This document shows positions 53,913 to 64,000 of a stretch of DNA of 64,000 nt, piece by piece. The DNA lies in assembly GCA_021613535.1 (NCBI GenBank), contig CP075492.1, positions 9,052,001 through 9,116,000 of the forward strand. The letters are read 5' to 3'. The notes below the pieces were generated by a model. The model saw nothing but the letters and a program-made list of their open reading frames with translations, had not been told where the DNA came from and searched no databases. The translations under genes were made by a program, and so were the position numbers. The number at the start of each line of letters is the position of its first letter. Within the stretch, counting starts at the first letter, position 1. This DNA comes from Adineta vaga (Eukaryota > Animalia > Rotifera).

Positions 53913-54458
53913 TTAGATATTAAATTCGTCTTCCCAATCTTTTCGTCGATACGATTTCATTCCTTTTGTCTTTCCCGATGATTTTTTGCCACGACCACGA
54001 AACACTATCACTCCACCTCTTGCAAGACAACCCTTACATGGTGTTTCATGTTTTCTATGTAATTGCCGTTTTAATGGATATTCATGATCATTAAATGGTA
54101 CATCAATCCATGTATCTATTGTCTCTTGTTCTTCCAATGAAATATTGTTTCGTTTCCCATTTACTAATTGATATTGTCGAGCGCGATCATAATCCTCAAA
54201 ACATCCACCAGAAAACGCTCGCGCGAATGGGCTGACTTTACTATTGGATGTCATATGCATAGGTATCATTTTTCGAATCGGTAGTTGATTTTCTTCAGTG
54301 TTCAATAATTCCCATCGATTGGATTTTGATAATGAAAGAGGAACGGAATTATTCTTCTCGAGAAGAAACTTTCCACGGTTAGCAATACGTTCAAATTCAT
54401 TTCGTCTTATCGTAGCATTTGTTCGTACTCCTTGCCGTTTGCCTTGTCGTTGTGGCAT
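53913..54458 (-). CDS. Intronless basic protein of unknown function, 181 aa
   Basis: 546-nt ORF with higher GC than its flanks; R/K/G-rich termini; HRKHETPCKGC motif. Confidence 0.55.
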   Translation of the reverse strand: MPQRQGKRQGVRTNATIRRNEFERIANRGKFLLEKNNSVPLSLSKSNRWELLNTEENQLPIRKMIPMHMTSNSKVSPFARAFSGGCFEDYDRARQYQLVNGKRNNISLEEQETIDTWIDVPFNDHEYPLKRQLHRKHETPCKGCLARGGVIVFRGRGKKSSGKTKGMKSYRRKDWEDEFNI

Positions 54459-55991
54459 TTCGAACTTGTTACCAAAGAACGTCTTAACTACTTCATATAT
54501 ACTTCATACGAAGCTGAAATTACATCATTACAAGACATGTGCATTGTTTCATGTAATGTTGAAATTCAATGAGTCATCATAACCAAAGAAACCTAATCTG
54601 TGCATTAGTTATATTATTTTTATGAGAAAGAGAAAGAAAGGAATGAACTTAACTGTTATTAATACTTTTAAAATACAGTATTCGAGGACAGTTCTAATAC
54701 TTTTAAAATATGTACATTAAGTATTTAAATTTAAATTCTCAAAGACCTTCCATCGTTCAATAACTTCTGATACTATACTTACTTTAAAGGAGTTTTTATT
54801 ATTTCATATCTTCGTATTCGATAGATAGATATTTCGTTGACGGTTCATTCCTCTTTTCATTCATATGTAAAGTGTAATTTGATACGTTTACTTTTACTAC
54901 TTGATACAAGAGGACAAAAAAACCAATCATTCTTGCAACGTTGAATTAATCATGTAGAAAAAAACCTATTGTTACTAGTTCATTTTTTCTTCTGATTGAT
55001 ATTCTACCAAAGAATCACATTTGAAAATCTTCTCAAACATTGTGTTAATTATCTAATATACTAATACTTAAGATCTTTTCAAATGAATAATAGATTCACA
55101 AATCTTTAATCTATGCAATAATGAATATTTTATTTGACTGATTATGTTTGATTACTGTCTGTCTGTAGTATCTCTTTTTTTCTTGTCTCGCAATGAAACA
55201 TCATCAATTCAGTTTTTTTTCTTTGTTTTGTTGTTCAACAAATACAGTCGTTCTAATCTGTCATAGAATTTTTATGAGAAGATAGATCAAAAGTATCTGT
55301 CTGTATATGCTACAGATGATGTTCAATCAGTAATCCGACTAAGAAACAAGGTAAGTTGTCTCAGCCTTTTCTTTCTTTCTTTCTCGTTTGTCCGATGATC
55401 AATATAAAACGATAAACAGATTTTTTTTTCTTTCGTTCTATCTATCATCATTTGCATCTCATTAGGAGATATTCAACGACGGCATTCAAGGTGGGAACAG
55501 ATAAAATAAAAGATGGACTGTTTGTATTAGAACGACAATGGTCGTTGTTTAATTTTATATAGAGATTTATCTCTCTATCTCTCTGTGTCTCTATCTGCTG
55601 TTGTTGTTGTTCGTTAGTTTTTTATTTTATTTCATTCATTGTCTTACGAGTGGAGTGAGTAAGAGTTGTCATCAGCCGGATTTTTTTTCTCATATCAAAT
55701 CATATAGATCGAGGAGTATCGAATGCCAAAAGCATATTTGAATATCCATATACACATATACATGATGCAATAGTACTCTGATATGCGACGATGCCATTCT
55801 GTTTACAAAATATAAGAGAGTATCATACGTCGCGTCTCTATTGAAGATCGATTGACATATGAGCTATTGAGAACGAAAAGTAGAAGAACAATAAAGGCAT
55901 TGTCGAGACATCTGATCATATCGTTTTATCATCGTTTATTTATTCAATTTTTTTTGTCTCTTGATTTTTAAATCAGAACATTCTTTGAACT

Positions 55992-58921
55992 ATGGCATCG
56001 ATCAACAGCTTGGCTACATCTTTTATGTTCATCTATATTTTAATTCTTTTATCATGGTTTAATCATTTAACAACAGCTGAAGGTACGTACTAGAATAGAT
56101 CAATAGATAAATATTCTTTGCGTTGTTTTTCTTCTGTATGCATTTAAAATGTAGTATGCACGCCGGATGTTTGTAATAAGCATGGTACTTGTATTCCGAA
56201 TACTTCGAATTCATTTACTTGTAAATGTGATACGGGTTTTGTTGGTTCGACATGTAATCAAGGTAGTTTTATCTTGAGTATTATATTTACAGAAGAAAAA
56301 AAAACTACAATATTTTCAATTGATATGATTAGAATTAGATGAATGTGCATCAAATCCATGTTTGAACAATGGTACATGTACGGACTTAGAGAATGGTTTT
56401 CTTTGTCATTGTCTACCGGAATGGAATGGAACTCTTTGTACAGAACCGAAGAGTAGGTGAAAATCGGTTTTAATCGAAGAATCAATGATTTTGTTATTAT
56501 TATTATTATTATTTGAATCTTAGATCCATGTCAATCATCACCTTGTGGTCCATTAGGTAAATGTATTGTGACTAATCAAGTCCAAATTCCATATTACTGT
56601 CAATGTTCTGATGGACAAAATACGATGTTTAAATGTGCTGATCCAAGTAAAGGATTTCAAGTCATTCTTAATAGGAAAAATACAAATTAATTTTAGATCC
56701 ATGTTTACCAAATCCTTGTGGTTCGGGTGAATGTGAAATAACTACAAATTTACTCAATGGTTATATATGTCGATGTTTTGATGGTACTGTTCAAATGACA
56801 AATTGTTCTGCACCAAAAGGTATAATTTTCATTATCATTCGTAAGAACGATATTGATATTCTCTGATAATTCTCTTTTAGATCCATGTACATCAATGCCA
56901 TGTGGTCCACAAGGACGATGTTTAACTTTAGAAGCTGCACCGAAAGGTTATATGTGTATGTGTCAAGTAGATGGTGTTTCTTATACGACTATTGACACAT
57001 GTCCATGTATGTACTTGTATGAATGAAAGAAAAGGATTGTTTATTTTTTGATTATTTCAAATAGCAACAAGCTCGTTTTGTACACATATGACATGTAAAA
57101 ATGGTGGTATATGTGTTCCATTTTCACTCGATGAACCATCATGTACTCCTGGCCAAATCGGCTCTACTTGTTGTCAATGTAAATAAAACCTAGAAAATGA
57201 TTCAAAGTGATTGAGATATTGCTTCTATTTTAGGTCCACCAAATTTTACTGGCTTGCGTTGTGAACAAGGTCTACTTTATATGACATATAAGATCGAGGA
57301 AACGTTTCTGTTCATTTTTTAGAAATTGATTTTTGCTCATCAAATCCATGTAAAGAGAATGGACGATGTCTATCAGGTAAAACAGGTTATCGATGCCACT
57401 GTTATGAAGGATATATGGGCGATAGATGTGATGGTAAATGATAATATCTTGATGGACGTTTTTCTCTTTCATTGATTTATATTCTTTAGTAAAAATCACA
57501 GGTTCTGGTTGTGCATCAAATCCATGTACAGTTGGCATTTGTTATCAATTAAAAGATGGAGGTTCATATGTATGCATCTGTCCAGATGGGACACTCAATC
57601 TCTCATGCAATTCATCAAGTATGCTAATTTCAAACTATCTTTGTATTCATCTATTGCGAAATCAAATTTAGATGTAACACAGAATCTATTTACATTACCA
57701 CCTCTACCACTACAACAAACAAACGACACCAGAAACAATGACATTAATTGGTCCTAATCCAAAATTTCGTGGAGGTGCAAGTGTAAACATTGGTTCTCCA
57801 GTTTCAACTTGCAGTCCATCAGCTAAAGACGTATGCAATGGTGGTCACTGTGTTCTGATTGAAACAGGTGTATATGCTTGTCGTTGTCGAGAAGGTTACA
57901 CGGGTGCTTATTGTGAAAACAGTTGAGTATATTATTCAGACAGTTAGACATCTTATATTACCTATACTATGTTTTTTCGTTAAAATTAGATATTAATGAA
58001 TGTGCATCAAATCCTTGGTAAATTCTCAACAATACATTTTAGGATCTTATTTTTCTAAAATAATTATATAATTTTAGCTTGGGTGGTGCAACATGTTATG
58101 ATCTAATTAATGCATATGCTTGTTTTTGTCCTGATCGAGTATTTCGACCGCAGTGCAACCTCAGTTGATTCGAATTCAAATACTGACTCAAGTCTACTCA
58201 GTAATAAACTAAATAATACGCTGAAGAAAATCATACAGTAAAAATTCATTTGTTTCTTTTTTCCTTTAGATAAATTATCGGGTAATCAAGGAGAAACATC
58301 ATTACAAACAGAATGTAATTGCCGAAATGGTGGTAAATGTTATTCAAATGGAAATGGTGGAAAATTATGTCAATGTATTCATGGATTTACTGGAACATTC
58401 TGTGAACTATCTATTTGTAAGATTGATCAATTAGAAACGAAAGATATATCCTATTCGTTTTTAGCCACTCGTATCAATGCTGGTCAGATGAGATGTAATC
58501 CATCCTTATGTCAAAATGGTGCAACATGTCAAGAACAAGGATTGAACTCTGTTTGTATTTGTAAACCAGGTTATACTGGTGAACGTTGTGAAAACGGTAA
58601 GATAGATCAAGTTTTGTTTTGATATTGAGCTTGTTTTTGTCGTTTTTTTTAAGAATATTTTCGTTGTCAAGGCAATGGTCGATTTGCTGATGTATCGAAT
58701 TGTAAACAAGGACGTTATTTTGAATGTGTTTATTTTGGACAATGTACGTGTGAAATAAGAATCTTTTTAATTTTTTTCTTGTAAACGTAATTTTTCAATT
58801 TATTCATTTAGACGATTTAAATCTTCCAAATGGCATTCTTTATAGTCGTACCTGTCCACCAGGACTTTGGTTCAGTACATTAAATGATCGATGCGACTAT
58901 CCAAGTGCTGTAAAATGCTAA
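55992..58921 (+). CDS. Secreted multi-EGF protein (about 12 repeats) with C-terminal chitin-binding type-2 (CBM14) domain, many short exons
   Basis: Signal peptide exon; repeats such as [15 protein letters not shown] and INECASNPC; C-terminal [21 protein letters not shown]...[22 protein letters not shown]. Confidence 0.85.
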
Positions 58922-59578
58922 AATTGACATTTTTTACTAACTAATGGCAACATGTACACATGATTTTGTTTTTCGACTCTGTTTTCTGTTCTGTTCTCGG
59001 TGTCATTTCTCTTATATCTCACATGGTTAGACTATTCTCTGTAGACATTCTTTGTTTCAGCATCTTATTACTCTGTTTTTGCTCAACATCCTATATATAT
59101 ATATATATATATACAGTACTATATTCTAATTTGTTTTACTCATGAAATCTTGATTATAATAGAATTATTGATGACTATTACAATCAATCAGTTCTTTTGC
59201 TTCGTTCTTCAAATGCTATCGAACAATATCGGAAGAAGACATCGAGTATCTTTGCTTACAAGCAAGCAAGTAATAGAATTGTGCAATGAGCTGATTTCCT
59301 GTTTTCTGTTCTTGTTTGATCAGAAAAGATATGAAGACAGAGAAAAAAAACGAGAAATACCAAGACGACTGTCATCTTTTTTTCCGCTGGCTTAGTTCTT
59401 CAAAGATTGGATTAAGATCACTGTGTATGTTAGAAGAGAAGAAAAAAAGATGCTAATGTCAGCTCAGCTTCGGCACGGAAAACCAGAGAGATAGAGGGAG
59501 AAAATATGAAGAAGTATTATGCTTAACACAAGTGTCTGCTATTAGATATTTTTCTATTCGTGATTCAATGCAGAATGA

Positions 59579-60103
59579 ATGTGGTCTTCAAGTTTGATCG
59601 TGTTAGTCTTTATTAATCTACGACGTAAATAAAATGAAGTTTTTGATTCGAAAATTCATAAATATGAAGATGTTTTTAATAGGAATTGAAGGACTTCTTT
59701 GTTATCAATGTTCAATGAATTATACGAATGAAGAATGTAATTCAAAGAATTCAACATATGCGACAGAATGTCAACCAGCATTTGATACCTGTTTAACAAT
59801 TGTACTTAAACCTGGTTAGATATGTTTTGTTCAACTTCTTCTATATCTTCATATATTTTGCTTTTTCTAGCTATTCTCGATCAATTATTAATCACAAAAT
59901 ATTGTACAAAACGTAGTGCATGTGAACGTCAATTAAATTACACACAATCTTTAGTATCATGTGAACCGAATGATGAAGGTCGTAGTTGGGGTTGCGTGAG
60001 CTGTTGTGGTGATCGAGATCTATGTAATTATGATCATTCGAATACATTCACATCGAATTGGAAAATAGTTATCTTATTGTTATTGATTCGGAGATTTTGC
60101 TGA
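59579..60103 (+). CDS. Ly6/uPAR three-finger protein, probably GPI-anchored, 3 exons
   Basis: Signal peptide, LLCYQC...EEC...C...C, ITKYC, CVSCCGDRDLCN, hydrophobic C-terminal tail. Confidence 0.85.
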
Positions 60104-60501
60104 GAAAGATTTTCATTGAACGGTGATGATGAACTTTGAACAAATTTTATATATAATTTCTATTTTAGTGCATAATAAAAATTCCACATATTTGATTTAT
60201 CAAACTTGAACTCGTAGGAGATCTTTCGTGTTGTAACCTTTTTATCAATGAAAAAAACATAGAAAATGTTACTAGATCAGATTATATTTGCGTGAGATTC
60301 AACAAATAGAACGCTTTTTTTTCTTCTTCCATTTCCTCTACATTTCCATTTTAATTACATACATTGCTCGTCATCAATAGCACACAAATAATCGATAATT
60401 AATAGTATGAAAATGCACAATTCATATCTATACTACGAAATAAGAAACGCGCGTCAAATCAATGATACTTAGTTTTTTTCTTCTTCTAATCTTTCTCAAC
60501 A

Positions 60502-60801
60502 ATGTCAAAGATTATTCAGAAATCAATCGATGGTAGTTATGAAACTGAACAAACATCAATAAAATTTCATTTTCTCGATTGTAATTGTCAATGTTGTGGT
60601 GAAAAACAACAATATATTCCTAATAAAAATATTCATTCTTATCAACAACTGTATTCTCAGATGTTAAAAACACTTATCAAACCATACTATGCTCTTGATT
60701 GTACGTGTCAATGTGGAAAAGATCTCAAACAACTAACAGGATTTTCTACAGATACTGGTATTCGACGATTTAATCAATCAGATGAGGGGAAAACTATGTA
60801 G
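60502..60801 (+). CDS. Small Cys-motif protein, 99 aa, unknown function
   Basis: Good start context (ACAATG); duplicated LDCxCQC motifs. Confidence 0.5.
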   Translation: MSKIIQKSIDGSYETEQTSIKFHFLDCNCQCCGEKQQYIPNKNIHSYQQLYSQMLKTLIKPYYALDCTCQCGKDLKQLTGFSTDTGIRRFNQSDEGKTM

Positions 60802-60820
60802 AAAAAAAGAATCAAACACA

Positions 60821-62574
60821 TTAAAGCAATTGGGAAATTTGTTCATCGATATGAACAGTTTTTTTATCAATATAATCGATGCTATTTTGATCAATTTCAT
60901 CGAAACTGTAGTAACGATAATTGACCATGATTGAGAGTGATTGTTTCCAACCACGTTCACTTCGATCAGCAAGCCAATTCAAACGCCAAATAACAGCACC
61001 ATTACGTAAATGAAAATTAGCCACCGGATCACGTGCATAACCAGTTCGAGAATGTTTGATTTTTGATAAATAATATGCACATAATTGCATTAATATCGGT
61101 CGAAGATCCGCCAGAATCTGTTCGTCTAAATGCCAAGTACTCTGAGTAGTAAGAAGAGATTGAAGCCATGTACGAGTTTCAGAAGACATTAATGATGTTG
61201 ATGAAGAATTCAATTCTTCCGTAAGCCATTGACGGAATTCTATAGAAATTCGATAGATTTGAATAATTAAGTTTATATAACTGACCAGGAATTGGAGAGA
61301 GTGAAGAGAATTTTTCCAATTGAGGATGTTCAACATGTAATTGACGAACACAACGTTTAATTAAAGAATTACCCAGTTCAATACCTTTTAAGCCTATAGA
61401 ATCGAAAACAAAAAGTTTATTTTCAATCACTTTCATTTTGAACTAACCAAGTTGAGTAGAAGAAATTGAATAAAATATTGCTGATTTAATTATCGACGAA
61501 TCTTCTTTTTGAATCTCATCCGATTTATCCGATTGTTTAGAAACTCGATTGATAACTAAACAAAAATACAATGAAAAAACTTCATATATTGAGTTCGATG
61601 ATATATATTCACTCGTTTGAATTGAATTCGATATGTCATCCATTAATGCAACATGAAGAATAACTAGAGGATCATTGGGCATCATATGATGAGTGTAAGC
61701 AAAACATCGACTAGAAATAATTCGAAATATATTAGATAATACTTGTAGATAGATGATTACCGATATGGTCCGAGACGTCGTTTTAAATCTGTCCATCTTC
61801 GAATAGGATGAACTGCTTCATAATCAGATATACGTTGAACTAGAATTTATATTAAAATGAGAGTAATAAATCATATCAGAATTCTACTAGAATAGGATAA
61901 GAATATATCGATCAGATTTTTTTACCAGTAATTAATGCGTTAACAGACAGTGGAATGAATAGAGACAAAATAAAAATCTTACCTATTTCACATGGACTTT
62001 GCCATGTTACACGTTCTACTTTCAATAAACCCGTTGTAAACCATGTTGCAAGTAAATCTTGAAGATTATCACTCATTCGTTTGCCATACTCATGTGATTC
62101 TTAAAAAGAAATTGTCCATAGAATGAAAAAGATGGAATGACATGGTTTTATTCAAACCCATTTCTGGTAAAAATTTCAATAAATCAGCACGTAGATGAAC
62201 AAGTGAACGAACACCATCCGGTTGTCGTCCAATTAAACGGAATAATTCTGCATATTTAGGTGTTGTAGATGCATGAATTTTCTGACAATCTTTAATAAAA
62301 TTCGTTGACGTCATTTTTTGAATCTCCAAAGCAAAAAAACAACAACAGATAAAAATCCATCGAATTCAAAATATGTATATACCTGTGTTGTTACTTCACG
62401 TTCATCGGGATGATAGTCTTTTGCGATATGATCAAGAATGGCAATTTTATTATGTTTATCACTGGTATTATATTGATGAAGAAGTGTTTCGATTTTTGTA
62501 TGTGCTAAAATTGGACTACGTAAAGCCAAATAAAAGATTTCATTTGTTAATGTTCGAATTATTTTTGTATTCAT
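60821..62574 (-). CDS. MLYCD: Malonyl-CoA decarboxylase
   Basis: [21 protein letters not shown]...[60 protein letters not shown]. Confidence 0.93.
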
Positions 62575-62804
62575 TTCTATAAGAAAAGATTATCAAATAT
62601 ATTCATCTTGATATTCAAATAGTGCTGATAGTAAATAGAATCATGACACTGTTAAAAGATAGATGAATTTATTGTTATTGTAGAATAAAAGTCAAATATT
62701 ATCACATAAAATACTTAAAATGCGATCACAAACGATAAAATAATTATCAAAAAAAAACGAATAACAAAGGAAGACAGTATCTAGTAAATATATTTGTGAG
62801 ATTA

Positions 62805-64000
62805 TTAAAGAGGACTTTGATTGAGAAATTGATTCTTCGGTGGTTTTTTGCCAATACAGAAGACATTAAAACCAATGCTCACCAAATGATCATGATCAAG
62901 TATAAGTCGACCATCGAATAAAAACGAAGGTTTTTGCATTGTACTATAGATTAATTCATAATCTAATTTCTACAAAAGAAATAAAGTTAACGAAATAAAA
63001 AGGTTAAAAAGAGATTTTTACACTAAATTCATCCCATTCAGTACAAATAACTACAGCATGAGAATCTTTCGAAGCTTCATAGGGATCATTTGCAATTTGA
63101 ACGTGATGTCGTACTAAAACGACAAGAATACTATCGATATGTGTTTGAACGATAAAAGTCTCTTTTACATTCTCGTTCACTTAAACCAGTTTGTTCGGAT
63201 AAATCCAAATGAATTCGATTTGATGTTACTTTTGGATCGTAAATATGTAATGATGCACCTTCAGCAATTAAATATCGACAAACATAAATACTCGATGATT
63301 CACTTTAGAGAAAAAAACCCAATCATTTCGATTCGAGAGAACAAAAAAAATATTTACCGAGTATCAGCCGTATCTTTTTTAAAAGCAAAACCATAAATAG
63401 CTATTTTTTTACCACTAACACTTCCAAACAAATTCTGAACAATCATTTGTGCAAAACGTTCACGTTGCCAATCATTGACTTTGATAACTTGTAACCAATA
63501 TTGAGCAACTGGTTCAAGTTTTAAAGATTCAGCCAAATAAATTAAATTATAAACATCCTTTTGAAAACAACTACCACCAAATCCTTATATTTTCGAATTA
63601 ATAGAATTATTTAGGTAAAGAGAATTTACTCCTTACCAATACTAGCATTGAGAAATTTCGGTCCAATACGTGAATCAAGTCCAACAGCTTTAGCTACTTC
63701 ACTTACAGATGCACCTGTTGCTTCACAAATTGCAGATATTGTATTAATACTTGATATACGTTGAGCAAGAAATGCATTTGCTACCTAAAAAGAATTACAT
63801 CACTATCATTATACAAATGATCACTTACTAATTTTGATAATTCTGACGACCATGTGTTTGTTGTAAGAATTTTTTCTTTCGGAACCCAATGTTCATAGAT
63901 CCAAGATAATTTTTTGATTGCTAATGATCCTTCAATTGTTTCATCGCCACCAATTAGTACACGATCAGGTGCTAGAAGGTCATGAATAGCTGAACCTTCA
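62805..64000 (-). CDS. UGDH: UDP-glucose 6-dehydrogenase, 3' part (5' end outside window)
   Basis: [70 protein letters not shown]. Confidence 0.96.

Noticed and set aside
56160-58600. Regularly recurring CATCAAATCCATGT-like units as a CRISPR or satellite array
   Set aside because: They are codons of repeated EGF modules (ASNPC) separated by introns

Overview
AT-rich, gene-dense eukaryotic DNA with short (about 45-70 nt) GT-AG introns. Intron size, the divergent class A GPCRs, an F-box/LRR gene, divergent Argonautes and several foreign-looking genes suggest a bdelloid rotifer (inference). About 28 protein-coding loci and one tRNA-Pro(TGG) are supported; I found no convincing transposon, rRNA or CRISPR. 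Main points: (1) two tandem divergent Argonautes with non-canonical catalytic tetrads (DEDD and DEDN), a 111-nt near-identical tract over the catalytic RDG motif, and an apparent intronization (or double nonsense) in one copy; (2) a chain of stop/start overlaps, 3-codon uORF -TAATG- SMIM13-like ORF -ATGA- phosphatidylserine decarboxylase, suggesting a bicistronic mRNA; (3) this pair lies in an operon-like run PSMB5-SMIM13-PISD-COX20-BDH, whose last gene is a bacterial-type enzyme carrying four introns; (4) further HGT candidates, a frameshifted MAST kinase, a nonsense-disrupted GPCR and a small tandem-LIR protein. Gene models were spliced by eye, so boundaries can be off by a few nt. Family calls come from recalled motifs, not database searches.
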